The position numbers and the translations under genes were made by a program. A model generated the notes under the pieces. The model was given only the letters and a program-made list of their open reading frames with translations. It did no database searches and was not told the DNA's origin. A stretch of 64,000 nt of DNA from Amoebidium appalachense (lineage: Eukaryota; Protista; Ichthyosporea), in contig CAVNZM010000018.1 of the NCBI GenBank assembly GCA_963693365.1, forward strand, positions 1,571,399 through 1,635,398, given 5' to 3'. Position 1 is the stretch's first letter, and each line of letters opens with the position of its first letter. Of this stretch, positions 11,964 to 26,800 are shown in pieces.

Positions 11964-14900
11964 TTTATCCTTCTTCTTCTGGAATGCTCGGACACTGGGC
12001 CCCCAAAAGGGCCTCCCCCCCGGGACACTCGACGATAAAATCAGCTACATACAACAACAGACAAACAACCACACGTTTACAGTGATTTGCGAAACACAGT
12101 TCAAAAACCACCACAAATTCAACTCTACATTGGTCGACACATCCACACACCCCGGTTACGCGAAAAACCGAGGCATTATTGTACTTGCCGCACCACACGT
12201 GAGAGTGAAGTGCAAACCGGTAGCAAAAACGGAATTCTCGGTTTCTATAGAGTTTCTTTCTAATGTTTTTACTTTTGTATATTACCCACCATCTATGTCG
12301 GTTGTCGAATTGACTCACGAGTTGTCACAGTTACCAATGTCCACTGTTATTTTAGGTGATTTTAACACGCGACTCCACCACACAGACACACTGCAAGTGA
12401 GTGTCGGGTACCCATCTAAGCCCCCGGAGCGTGCTATCTCTTTAGCAAGGTATGTCCAAAGTCACACTTTGCGGTTCCCTCAAATATCCCATGCCCACAA
12501 CACCGACTGGGGAGTGGCCTTTTGGCCATCAACCATGTCAAAACTCTCTCTCCCTCCTAACCTCTCTAGGTCATCTGACCACTCTCCTATCCTTTTCCTA
12601 CCTAAGATCTCCCTTGATCTGCTCCCCCCTCCCCCTCCCACCTTTCGCCTCCGTCTATCCCAGCTTAAGTCACAGTGGGGTAGAGTTGATGTATGTGTAT
12701 GCTATGCTACGAAACACCCTATATATATGCGCTTATTAGAATCTGCACAAGCCAGGCCAGATTCACATCTCGTACTAGATACATGCACTAACTTTATTGT
12801 TGATGATTTGATAGATCTCGGTGGTTATGCTGGCGGTGGTAGGAAGGAATATCCCGATGCTCTCTTGTTACCAAACACCACTCCCGCTAGACTAGGTGAA
12901 CCCCTGTCTCAAAAGGAAAGCTTGCGCCGGCTTGCTAGTATGAATCGATTTGGCCCCCCTGCTCGTATTATTGGTGATACCACTGGAGACCCCCTCATAG
13001 ACTCTGATAAGTATTTCTCGGAACTGTTTAAAGATAGGACCCCCGCTCAGAAACCTATTGTGTGGCCTGTAGACCCATCTATCCCCATAGAATCGATCCT
13101 CCCCTTTTTCAGTCCCGATGCCATATGGTCTGTGATATCTAGTTATAGCTCTAGTAAGTCTTGTGGACCTGATGGACTCCCTGCTGGGTTTCTTAAAATC
13201 CTTGTTCCCTCCTACCCACAAAAGGAAAGTGATCGTGCTATTAAACCTGATCTTACTATCATGTTAAGCTCTCTCTTTTCTTGGTGTGTTAAATGTGGAC
13301 ATGTCCCGTCATCTTGGTTAGATACCTTAGTGATCCCCATAGTTAAGAAGGACTCTGAGGGCCCCATATCATCCTTTCGCCCCATTACACTAACCCAGGT
13401 TGTTCGTAGATTCTTTGAAGCTTGCTTACTTAGGTTATTTGCACATCACCCTAGGTTTCAATCTATTCTTCACATACACCCATGCCAATCCGCTTTTCGT
13501 AAAAACAATTCATGTTATGTTCAAATAATGGCACTGCACGATTCTATGCAAGTTGGTGCACAATATGTTGGCTTTATTGATTGGAAAACTGCTTACGATT
13601 CTGTCTCCCCTGGTCTCCTATGGGAAAAGCTTGCTGCACGGGGTGTACCACACTGCATTGGTGTTCTGTTAGAAGCACTCTTGTCTCAAACCTATGGTAG
13701 AGCTGTGGTTAATGGGCATCTTTCATATGGTTTTGCTCGTACTAGAGGTCTCTTGCAGGGTTCATTGCTTAGCCCCTTTTTGTTTAACCTATTTATAGAT
13801 GATTTGGCTGTCAAGATTTACGCCGAAAACGATGACCCTATTAATAACTTTCCGCCTGCACTTCTCTATGCTGATGATCTGTCCCTCCCTGCCCGTACCC
13901 CTAGACGCCTGCAAAGATTGTTCGATGTAGTGTCAGAGTGGTGCAAGGCAAACCTTATGATCCTTAACATAGACAAATGTGGTGTTCTTGTACCTGATAT
14001 AGCTAACAATTTACACACATTTACATTATCATCTAAACCTGTACCTATAGTTCCAGAATACAAATATCTTGGTGTTCCGGTTGATTCTGTTGGTGTTATG
14101 TTTCCCCATATGGTCGAAAAGAGGGTAGAGTTGGCTCGTAAGCGGTTAGCTTTCTTCTCGGCTAATATTTTTAAAGACACACCCCTCCATCCTTCTATTA
14201 GACTTACATTTATTCGCACTTTTGTCTTCCCGGCATGTGAATATGGTTTACCCCTTCTCGCCGCTTGGATCAAGAAAGAGAGAACTAGAGCGCTTAAACC
14301 CCTGGCAAATTTCCTTGAAGCAGAAGTTGCCTCCTTTCTATCTAACAACTGTTGTAAACCTGGGCCTGTAACGCTCTCGATATATGGTCTGGTCCCAATA
14401 GCTGCTAGAGTATCCTATCTCGCGCTGAAATTCAATAAGCACATAAGCCGCTTAAAGAAGTATTTGCCCTCCCACCCTCTCTTCTCTATCCGACCTGTCC
14501 CCTCCTCACCTCTCCCCTCTTTCCTCCCCTCTCTCTCCCCTTCTCCCCTGGGCACAAATACAAATAAAACCCGCAATAGTGTGTGTGTGACTTTGGACTG
14601 CCACTTACTTATTAAACATGTACACAATCACAAGATAATCACGCAATATAACAAATGGAAAAAGATACCACACGACACTAGACCCGATGAAAGCATACAC
14701 CTTGAAAAACTAAGCCTTATGTCTCGTTTTATATATACTGACCGCCTCAACCATATTGCCAAATATGGCACTCGCAAGTGTATAACACCTAAATACATAT
14801 TACCTTCCTGTAGAACTGGTCTTTCTCTAGCTGATGGTATTATTGATCAATTACCACGCTTTTACTGTACACGTGCTATACAGTGGAGATCTAATAAGTA

Positions 14901-15150
14901 TAAGGTGGCATCATTTGCATGCCCAAACAACACACACACACACCAGTTTAACCGGTCATGTATCGCCAAATGTAGTTTGATAGACCACATAATACCGCAA
15001 CACACACACGTCACATTCACAACAGACACCCAGAAAGATAGCCTACCTGTAAATTACAACATCCTTGATTTTATACTAAACACGCGTAACTACGACCTGT
15101 TTATTAGATGTATTGATTGGCTTGAGAAACACATCACTACAAAATTATAG
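11956..15150 (+). CDS. Non-LTR retrotransposon ORF2: AP endonuclease + reverse transcriptase + C-terminal Cys-rich domain (1064 aa, intact)
   Basis: APE motifs WNARTL, ICET, GDFN, SDH. RT motifs GPDG, FRPITL, FIDWKTAYDSV, GLLQGSLLSPFLFNLFIDD, LYADD, YKYLG. C-terminal WR...C...FNRSCIAKC. Confidence 0.96.
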   Translation: MPNLSFFFWNARTLGPQKGLPPGTLDDKISYIQQQTNNHTFTVICETQFKNHHKFNSTLVDTSTHPGYAKNRGIIVLAAPHVRVKCKPVAKTEFSVSIEFLSNVFTFVYYPPSMSVVELTHELSQLPMSTVILGDFNTRLHHTDTLQVSVGYPSKPPERAISLARYVQSHTLRFPQISHAHNTDWGVAFWPSTMSKLSLPPNLSRSSDHSPILFLPKISLDLLPPPPPTFRLRLSQLKSQWGRVDVCVCYATKHPIYMRLLESAQARPDSHLVLDTCTNFIVDDLIDLGGYAGGGRKEYPDALLLPNTTPARLGEPLSQKESLRRLASMNRFGPPARIIGDTTGDPLIDSDKYFSELFKDRTPAQKPIVWPVDPSIPIESILPFFSPDAIWSVISSYSSSKSCGPDGLPAGFLKILVPSYPQKESDRAIKPDLTIMLSSLFSWCVKCGHVPSSWLDTLVIPIVKKDSEGPISSFRPITLTQVVRRFFEACLLRLFAHHPRFQSILHIHPCQSAFRKNNSCYVQIMALHDSMQVGAQYVGFIDWKTAYDSVSPGLLWEKLAARGVPHCIGVLLEALLSQTYGRAVVNGHLSYGFARTRGLLQGSLLSPFLFNLFIDDLAVKIYAENDDPINNFPPALLYADDLSLPARTPRRLQRLFDVVSEWCKANLMILNIDKCGVLVPDIANNLHTFTLSSKPVPIVPEYKYLGVPVDSVGVMFPHMVEKRVELARKRLAFFSANIFKDTPLHPSIRLTFIRTFVFPACEYGLPLLAAWIKKERTRALKPLANFLEAEVASFLSNNCCKPGPVTLSIYGLVPIAARVSYLALKFNKHISRLKKYLPSHPLFSIRPVPSSPLPSFLPSLSPSPLGTNTNKTRNSVCVTLDCHLLIKHVHNHKIITQYNKWKKIPHDTRPDESIHLEKLSLMSRFIYTDRLNHIAKYGTRKCITPKYILPSCRTGLSLADGIIDQLPRFYCTRAIQWRSNKYKVASFACPNNTHTHQFNRSCIAKCSLIDHIIPQHTHVTFTTDTQKDSLPVNYNILDFILNTRNYDLFIRCIDWLEKHITTKL

Positions 15151-15154
15151 CGCA

Positions 15155-15231
<77 letters not shown>

Positions 15232-15371
15232 CCAGCTGATACCGAGTGTCCCGAGGGGAGCCCCCTTTAAAAAAAAAAAAAAAAAAAAAAAAACGGGGAA
15301 CCCCAACTAATTGATTTCTCCTTGTAGTCTTTATGGTGTCTCGTAGAGAAAGTAAACCCTGATATATAGTC

Positions 15372-15613
15372 ACCACCCGACATCTATGTACGTGATCATG
15401 ATATACCGCTGAGGGGATATTCCGAGCAAAACCCCCCCCCCCCATACCTGAGACTGGTTCTCTCTGCCTCGAGTAAACAGCGTAAACCCCATATAGTCAT
15501 CACCCGACATCTATGTACGTGATCATGATATACCGCTGAGGGGATATTCCGAGCAAAACCCCCCCATACCTGAGACTGGTTTCTCTTTGCCTCGAGTAAA
15601 CAGCGTAAACCCC
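15372..15613 (+). repeat. Two tandem ~120-nt SINE-like units (15372-15498, 15499-15613) sharing the LINE 3' terminal motif
   Basis: The units are near-identical and both end in cagcgtaaacccc; the first continues with atatagtc. Confidence 0.9.
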
Positions 15614-16591
15614 TTCATTACAGTACAGTAAACCGCTCGAATTTGGGACACTTTTCGCGTCATCGCTGATCGAGCGCTTATGAGTAGCTATTTTTAGCTT
15701 TTTTCTGGAACATTCGAGCATCCCCAGCAAGCCCTGGCACATGGCTACCCCAGTATATAAGTGCTGAGGTCCATAAAACACGTTTCCGACGACTTAGACA
15801 CGTGAATGTAGCCTAGGGTATCATCTTGCAAATTTCATTCTGAATTCAAAATGCATTTTTATTTGGGACACGTGTTGCATAGACGTATGTATATGCAGAC
15901 GAACATGCTGACGCACATGCACCAGCTGGGTGTGGTCTCGCTGTTCCTTTCACCGTTGCCCACCCCTGGGGCCTTCTCTAGCTTTCAAACCAGTCTGTAC
16001 ACTCAACGAGGCTTCAAGGGTGCCTGTTTTGCAAAATAAACTGAACACATCATACAACCTATTGCCTGTGACTAAAGACGTCGTTCTGTACTACAAGTGC
16101 AACCTAAACACGCATGCTCGTTCCTGTACTGTTAGCATACCTCTACATCTGTCCGGGGTATGGATACTGATAAAACGGGTACTTCCCTGTAAGAGAATAA
16201 ATATTATGCTTCACGTGCTCTGCAGCTAAATCACATCGCTCTTCATGTGTCTTATTTTTGTGTTCTAGAAACGCTGCCTGTCTATCTCCTCTGCTGTGGG
16301 CTTGCGCCTTTTCTGCCCTTGTGCACTCATGTTGGGAACCCCATTCTGTCTGTGGGGCAAGGGTGTGTGATAAATGGGCAGTAAAAGTACAAAGCATATG
16401 AAAGATGTGAGGCTACGTGAGAGGAAATCCTTAGAGTGAGGATGAGGAGTTCCTATGTTTTCGAAAGAGGATGTGCTTTGCTCTGCTGTGGTGGTTGGTA
16501 GAAAACGGCCCTTTGTTTTCAAACTTGGCTGCCGGGTTGGGCAGCCAACCAGACACGCTGGCATTCAAAAAGGACGGGAAAAACGTAATAA

Positions 16592-19623
<3,032 letters not shown>

Positions 19624-20224
19624 ATAATGGACCCAAGTCCGGGTGATGCACCGAGGGCCAATTAAAAGTGTCCCAAATTTATGACGGGATTCAAATCGTC
19701 CCAAATTCGAGCGGTTTACTGTAAACCGCTCGAATTTGGGACACTTTTCGCGTCATCGCTGATCGAGCGCTTATGGGTAGCTATTTTTAGCTTTTTTCTG
19801 GAACATTCGAGCATCCCCAGCAAGCCCTCTAGAAACACCGTGTTTCTAGATGGCCGTGGTATATACGTACATTTGGCAGACGGCAGACCGGACTAGGGCT
19901 TCAGCCCGAACTTAGGGCCTGTTTGGCAACGCGGGTTAGTGTAATCTGGATTTCGGGGGATATCTGGATATCAAAATCGAGATCCAGATTATGCTGCAGA
20001 ATCCGGATCTCAGCCGAAACCTGGGTTAAGCCGGGTAGATAACCCATGGATGCCAAACAGCCCACGTACGATTTCGGGTTAGATTTGCTCTGCAGCTGTC
20101 ACGCTGTTCATCACCGGTCGGTGACTTGCAATTGCAGACCCGCTACACATATACACCATAGTGATAAGCAGTAATAAACCACGAAAGTGCTGAGTTGTAT
20201 ACGGTTTTATTTGAGACACTCACC

Positions 20225-20835
20225 ATGTATGCAGCCCGGAACATAGCCGTTTTGGCTGCGATTGCAGCCTTGACCTATAGCCCAGAGCTCAAAGAGCCCT
20301 GTCGTACTTCCCCGCTCAGTGGTAGAGAGTATGTGCAAGAACTGCTTGGCACAGCTCACGAGACAAGGGTGAACGATGTCCTACGCGTGAGTCCATATGT
20401 TGCAAGGGAGTTAATTGAGAAGTTGGCTCCATTCATTGAAGAGAATGATAACATGGACGCTCAGGAAGTTACCTGCATGATGCTGTATACCCTTGGGCAG
20501 GGTGTTGCAGTCAGGAACGTTGCCGAACGTTTCCAACACAGCACCGAGACCGTGAGCCGGTATGTAGTGCTATGACTCCTGCCCTGTTGAATTATGTTAT
20601 TGGCTGTGTGTTTGCAGCATTTGTCTGTGCTTGTTAAACAACAATGCTCCGAATGGGTTGTGTTCCACTGTCCAGGGTGCACGTGCGCGTGCACTGTCTC
20701 AAGGTTTTGCTGTTGTTTTCAATGAAGCTTATATGTAGGAATGTGGAAAATAATCAGACATCATTGTGTGCTGCAGGCGTTTTCGAGAAGGCATCGATGC
20801 CACGCTTGCTGCTCTCGGGGAAGAATACATGAAAA
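20225..20835 (+). pseudogene. Harbinger transposase N-terminal/HTH part (exons ~20225-20559 and ~20778-20835); DDE domain missing
   Basis: RTSPLSGREYVQELL...VLRVS...EVTCMMLYTLG...RNVAERFQHSTETVSR|RFREGIDATLA matches the PIF-type transposase N-terminus. Confidence 0.85.
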
Positions 20836-21086
20836 GAAAAAAACTGCACACACACACACCTTTCTGCACATGATGTTGCAAAGGTCATTCTGAGTACTTT
20901 TGTATTCCTACTAATGCTGCACCAGGCGGCGAGGCCGAACACTAAAACAATGATTTCAAACGGTGATCACTACAGCATACTCACTTCTACACGTAAAAGA
21001 TGTTTCTTGCACTATCCCCCCGCCCACACCATAACAAAAAAAAGAAAGAAAAAAAAGAAAAAAAAAAAAAGAAATTATAGGGCCTC

Positions 21087-21978
21087 TTAATATCCACGAG
21101 CCTGCTCAGCCTCTTTCGAGTTCAGAAACGCCAACCGCCTATTTGGCTCCATCACACACATCACTCGAGCATACTTTTCTTCAGAAAGAATGTTAGCAAA
21201 CAAGCCATAGTCATCATCACATATCTCGTACGTCTTTTCTAACTCATTCAACAACTTAATGGCTTTTGTGCATACATGCTCGGCCTCAGCGGCTGCAGGA
21301 GTGGGCAAAACATTGATCACAGGGGCAGGGGCGTTGGCAAAAGCAGCAGCCAACTCCCCCAAGACGCTGACAACGGTGGGCTTCTTCAGGGGGGTTCTTT
21401 TGGGGGGGGGGGGGGCTTGGGTGTGGTGGGTGGGGCACGCTTCACACCCGCAGTTTTAGCAGTTTTATCTCCTTCAACCCCCAAACCGGACTCCTCCTCC
21501 GTTTCACTTTCTTCGTTATTACTTTCTTCCCCCTCACCCCCTTCAACATGCTCAGCTGCATCCTCCCCCTCCTCCTCCATCCCTTGCTCCCCATCGTTCT
21601 CCCCTCGTAAATTGGCCCGGGCTTGTTTCATAGCGTCCTCCTTAGTCAAAAAATCCTTTCCGCAAAATACCTTCTCGCCCAACGCCGCATCTAAGGCATT
21701 GTACAAGGGCCAAGGTCTCTTGGTCTTGCACAGATCCCTGACCCACTTGAAATGTTTGTTTTTCGAACTCTGTGCAAAAAAAAAAAAAAAAAGGAAAGAA
21801 AAAAAAAGAGAAAGAAATGTAGAAAACATGATTAGAAACAAAAAGGTGAGTGAGGCCAGGGGGAGACAGAAAAAAGGGCTGAAAACAGTGGGGGTATATG
21901 GGACTAGTGAAGCCGCTGTAGCATTGGTTTTACATGGTGGTGGCGTAGAAGGGAGAAATCACAATGAGAGAAGAAGGG

Positions 21979-22017
<39 letters not shown>

Positions 22018-22231
22018 GAATGTATGAGTCATGAGGAAGAAAGCAGTACTTGCCTCAAGGAGAGCCGCCCACGTTTCATCGTCAGCCAGGGGCAGGCCCT
22101 CAGAAGTGACACCCCACCCACTTCTCTCGAGCAAGTTCTTGATCGCACCGTGCTTTTCTTTCAACTGGCGGCAAGTGTGAACATGTGTGTGGAGAATTGT
22201 ACGGTGTGGGTGTGGGTGTAGGTGTGTGTGT

Positions 22232-22291
<60 letters not shown>

Positions 22292-22400
22292 GTGTGTGTG
22301 TTTGAGTGTGTTCGTGTTGGGCAAAGATCAGGACGGTACCGAAAGTCCGAAAGTTTGGTTTGGCGCCCTTTCAACAATCCTTTTTTGGCCACTTCAAACT
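21087..22400 (-). CDS. Harbinger accessory Myb/SANT-like protein (spliced; frame break in poly-G at ~21410)
   Basis: QLKEKHGAIKNLLERSGWGVTSEGLPLADDETWAALLE...KRPWPLYNAL, then an acidic linker and C-terminal AIKLLNEL...RRLAFL, typical of Harbinger ORF2. Confidence 0.75.
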
Positions 22401-23149
22401 ATCGACGATTGGTGCAAAAGGACACCATATATAGTTCCATAAAATGAACATTCATTGGGTCGGACATTCAGGACCTGAAAGGATTTCGCGCTAATCCACC
22501 TCCCGAGGTGGATTAGTGGAATCCAGATTACGGCCATGTCCGAGGGGTTTGAAACCCAGATTTACGTGACCGGATCTGGCCGTCTGTTTGGCAGCGGCTG
22601 GATTTTGAGATTTGGATTTAGCGCTAAACCCAAAATCGCCCGTAATCCGGATTTAGGACCCTAAACCCGGGTTGCCAAACAGGCCATTATTGCATTCCTC
22701 CTAAGATCTACCCTATACTGTATTACTAATCCTATTGGTCGGCTGCTCCAGGCTGACCTGCGCCTGCAGAGACAAGATGCCCGCAGGCCCGCAGCTGCAC
22801 AGCTCAGTGATCTTGAGGCCCAGGAGCCCAGGACTTGATCTTGATGACCTGTGGACCCGGGCCAACCCCCCCCCCCCCCCCCCCCCCCCCGATCTTGATC
22901 GGTGACTTAGGATGATCTGCTGAGACGGATTAGTATATGTCAGTCTGCTAAACTGGCTGGCAATGTGAACACTTTAGACTTTTTGTTGAATTCTGTTGGT
23001 CGTCGCATTGAGTATCTACATGATTTTCACACAGTGTTCAGGTATCTCAGTATGCACTTGTTACTGGGTAACTCGTGAAGTTTTTATTGCCTCCTAAGTA
23101 TGCCGTGCATACTTGCATATCTTTCCGTTGAATAAATCCAGTCAAATTG

Positions 23150-23660
23150 AATTGAATTGCGTCGGCGAAGGGCCTCGCGTGTGCCCGAACTGAGCGGAAC
23201 CGGTTTGGAACCCATCCGGAATCGAATTGGAATCGATGTAGAATTTGAATCGGATTGAGAATTACCGAATATGCGCAACATGAGCACCCGTGGCCTTTTC
23301 TCTCACGGTGTTTTTACCTTTTTATCGCGCTGGGTCAGTCACGTGGCACAAGTATGGCTATCTGATAGGGGTGCATTGTTCTTGTCAGTCACTGGAAAGG
23401 AAGATGGAAAGGAAGGGTTCGTTCCCCTCAGGCTGGGTTGTTAGACTTTTCTCGCTGCCGCGGCTTGCTGCGCTCGCCCCAGCGCACGCTGTGCGGGGCT
23501 CGCTTCGCTCGCCCTGGCTTCCCCATAGTGCTTACGTCACTGACCCATCTGGGGCGGAAATCGATTCGGAATCGGATGGGAATGGTATGGTATGTATTAG
23601 GAACTGGATCGGAATTGGTCAAAGATTCGGAATCGGGTCGAGAACCCGATTCGCAACATG
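23150..23660. repeat. MITE-like segment with GAATCGG/GAATTGG repeats and a cgcttcgctcgccc motif
   Basis: Clusters of gaatcggatt-like words at 23200-23270 and 23555-23655; the ends could not be resolved. Confidence 0.35.
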
Positions 23661-23821
23661 GGGGTTTACACACTTTTTATTGCGTGGACATTGCCGGAGG
23701 CCCAGCCACATTCGACGGCCTACTGCGTTTTCCAGCACAGCCAATCAAATGCAGCCAGTGACATATGTACATGCTAGGCAACAATGAGCGCCATCGTAGG
23801 ATCTGACACCCCTATTACATA

Positions 23822-24160
23822 TTATGGGTAAGCAGATGCTAGCATCGGTAGCTCCGACAGAAAGTTAAGGCACCGGATCACAATATCATACTGTGCAGCA
23901 TTAATAAGGTGATCTAGGATAGTCATCTTAAAACGGATATATTGAGGAAGAGATGAAGAAAAGAGAATAAAACCGCCAATAACCTCCGGTTCTAATACAT
24001 TAGCTAACAGGTTGCATTTATTGATAGATATGCAGCCGCGAGTAAACCGCCCCCCACACATATTACACATACGAGCAGGAGACACCAGAAACCGATTACA
24101 CCGCCACATCTGAGCCGGCGCGCGGCGCGGCGGATGTTCTTGACAGAACGCGTGTTCTTC
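23822..24160 (-). pseudogene. 3' fragment of a sister LINE family (C-terminal Cys domain)
   Basis: WRCNRF...CNMCGGRFTRGCISINKCNLL...TILDHLINAAQYDIVIRCLNFL aligns by eye with WRSNKY...C...FNRSCIAKCSLI...NILDFILNTRNYDLFIRCIDWL of the 11956 ORF. Confidence 0.75.
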
Positions 24161-24751
24161 CCATCGGCTCATGTACTTATTCCTGATGTGTAGAACATGT
24201 TCTGGTACTGCCGTCCACAGCTGGGGAGCACATGTACTTCCTTGCAATTGCGGCGGAACCTCTTGACAGTACGCAGGCTGTCGCGAGTTGAATGTACGTG
24301 TTTTGGTCCGCGCACCTAATATTAGGCCTCAAAACGCGTGAATGGTTGCTATTTTTGCGCAGGCCCATGCTTTCATCTAATAATAGGCGCCAATCAAAAA
24401 AATTTACGGAGAAGGGTAAAATAAAGTACTGCGATCTATTTACTAATTGATTGGCGCACTTTGATTGGTTCCTGGCAGATCCTCTCTTGACATTTTTCGT
24501 GAGACAGCCCGCTCCCCTAACAACCCTTTCACCAACCCAACTTCGGCTTTCAGCCTCGGTCGGGAAAAAAAATTCCCGGGAGGCACATATACGAACTGCG
24601 CCCTCTCTACTCTTAGTCTAAGGGTATCATCTTAGGAAGGTAATTTCGGGAATCTTGGGATAGGAATTTGGGTATCATTATACGAACTGCGCCACCATAG
24701 GAAGGTTTGGGGGATCCCCATATTGCCGAAGTTCCGGCAAGGCCTCCTTAT

Positions 24752-25160
24752 CCCCCGTGTAATCAAATGATTAATCTTCAACGTTAATCACATTTGCGGC
24801 GCTTCCACCGACTTATCCAGCAGCCCAAAAATACATGTTAAGTAAGCAAAAAGTTGGTTTTGATAGTTAAGAAAACGCCTATATAATTTTTCTGGGGTGT
24901 TTATGTCTATAATATCCATGTTTATTATAGACCTTCGCGAAGAGGTGCGAGCGTAAAAGAAGATTAATCAATCCGAGAACAGCGGCTGGACCCCGCGGCA
25001 CATGTATATGATCGGCAGCTGGCCGCGGCTCACGAAGCTCACGTGTTAATTGTGCGCGCACAGCGCTCGGGCTCCCGGTGTCATGTGTGAGGTATTCTCT
25101 CACTTTCTCTGTATGTGTATGTGTGTGTGCTGTGTGTGTGTCTGTGTGCTGGTGTGTGCG

Positions 25161-25238
<78 letters not shown>

Positions 25239-26145
25239 ACATGTGTGCCTAGGCCTGTGCATATGCCTATATAGACAAGCACACATACGGGTGTGTGTGG
25301 TGCCACGTGTACGCTGCATGCAGTGCATGGATGCCACGTAACACGGTGCCGTGGTACTGTACAGGTCAACTTAAAATGCATGTGCTATTGTACGCACATG
25401 CTGATGTTAGTGTGTTCAGCTGTGATGACATGTGTGTGTGCTTGTGTGGGTGTGTTTGTATGCAATGTACACGCTTGTACGTGTGTACATTGCAGAGAGT
25501 GTGTGCCGGTGCATGTTTTCTGTGACGGTGTCCACGGTTTGCGTGTGAGTGTGTACCGCGTGTGTGTGTGTGTGGGTGCATGTGTGTTTTTCAGCATGTA
25601 TGATGCCACGGTGCTTGTTTGCGGTGTGTGCACGTGTGGTACGTGTTACGCACTGTGTTTCACAGTGCAGTGTGTGCCACGGCATGCAGTGTGTGTGTGT
25701 ATCTCTATATACATGCATGTACGAGTCCGTGTGCCACGGTGTGCACGTGCGTGTGTCGGGGTGGTTGGGTGGGCAGCCGGTGCATGTGCATATGTGTGTG
25801 TTGGGGCGGAGGGGGGGGGGGGGGGGATAATGTTTGTGTATATCTGTACAATATTGCTATGAATAGAAATTCCTTATTATTTAACAGGGAGCCGGGGCCC
25901 CGGGGTGAGTGTGATATGTGCACTCGTGCATGCATGTACCTGGCCGTTTCAGTGTGTGTGCCATGCCATGTGTGTGTGTCATGTCTTTGTGCACACATGT
26001 ACGTGTTTGTGTGTGTGTGCACATGTCTGTGTTAGGGTGACCACGGTTAGGTGGGCAGGTGCCACAGTGCGTGCGCGTGTTCGAGGAGGGGGGGGGGGGG
26101 GAAGGGGAGGGGAGGGGCAGGAATTCGGGCCGGGCTATGTAGGAA

Positions 26146-26177
<32 letters not shown>

Positions 26178-26535
26178 CATTCATAGACGTTTTCCATACA
26201 CACTGAGACATGTTGCATGATTTAAACCATCTTTTTCTTCCTCTCCAAGAGCCACACATAATTTTCGGTGACATTTCTGGAAACAATTATAGTATTACTA
26301 TGTTGGCAAAGTTTCAATTATTTATGATCTTCCAAAAAGGGATTACTAATACTAATAACTAATGTGCTACATATATTTATGTATATATCATTATAATGAA
26401 ATCAAACCAAATACAGGTCTGTGACCACAGAAACGTGCCACTAATTTAATTTCAAAACCATCAAAGCACAGTGACCGTATTGTTTGTGCTTCATACACTG
26501 AGATGTATGCAGGGTACTGAATACAACGGCAGGCA

Positions 26536-26568
<33 letters not shown>

Positions 26569-26745
26569 CCCCCCCCCCCCGAGCTCCCTCCCCCCGCCAA
26601 CCCGCACACACACATACACACACACAAACCCACACCCACACACATACACACATACACTGCTACTGGCATGCCGCCAGTCCCCCTTGCTATTACGTATATT
26701 CAAAAAACTAGGGGGGGGGGGGGGGGGGGAGAAGGAAAAAAGAAG

Positions 26746-26800
<55 letters not shown>

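Larger units (their letters stand above)
19915..22686. mobile_element. PIF/Harbinger element, internally deleted
   Basis: TIR GGCCTGTTTGGCAAC(G/C)CGGGTT at both ends, TTA target duplication (19912-14, 22687-89), and two convergent genes. Confidence 0.92.

Noticed and set aside
15372-15613. 5S rRNA, canonical hammerhead, hairpin, pistol or group I ribozyme identity for the ~120-nt units
   Set aside because: Only fragments match (CTGAGA, GTC end, GACTG/TAGTC, stem followed by TAAA). The required cores and helices are missing, and there is no 5S similarity.
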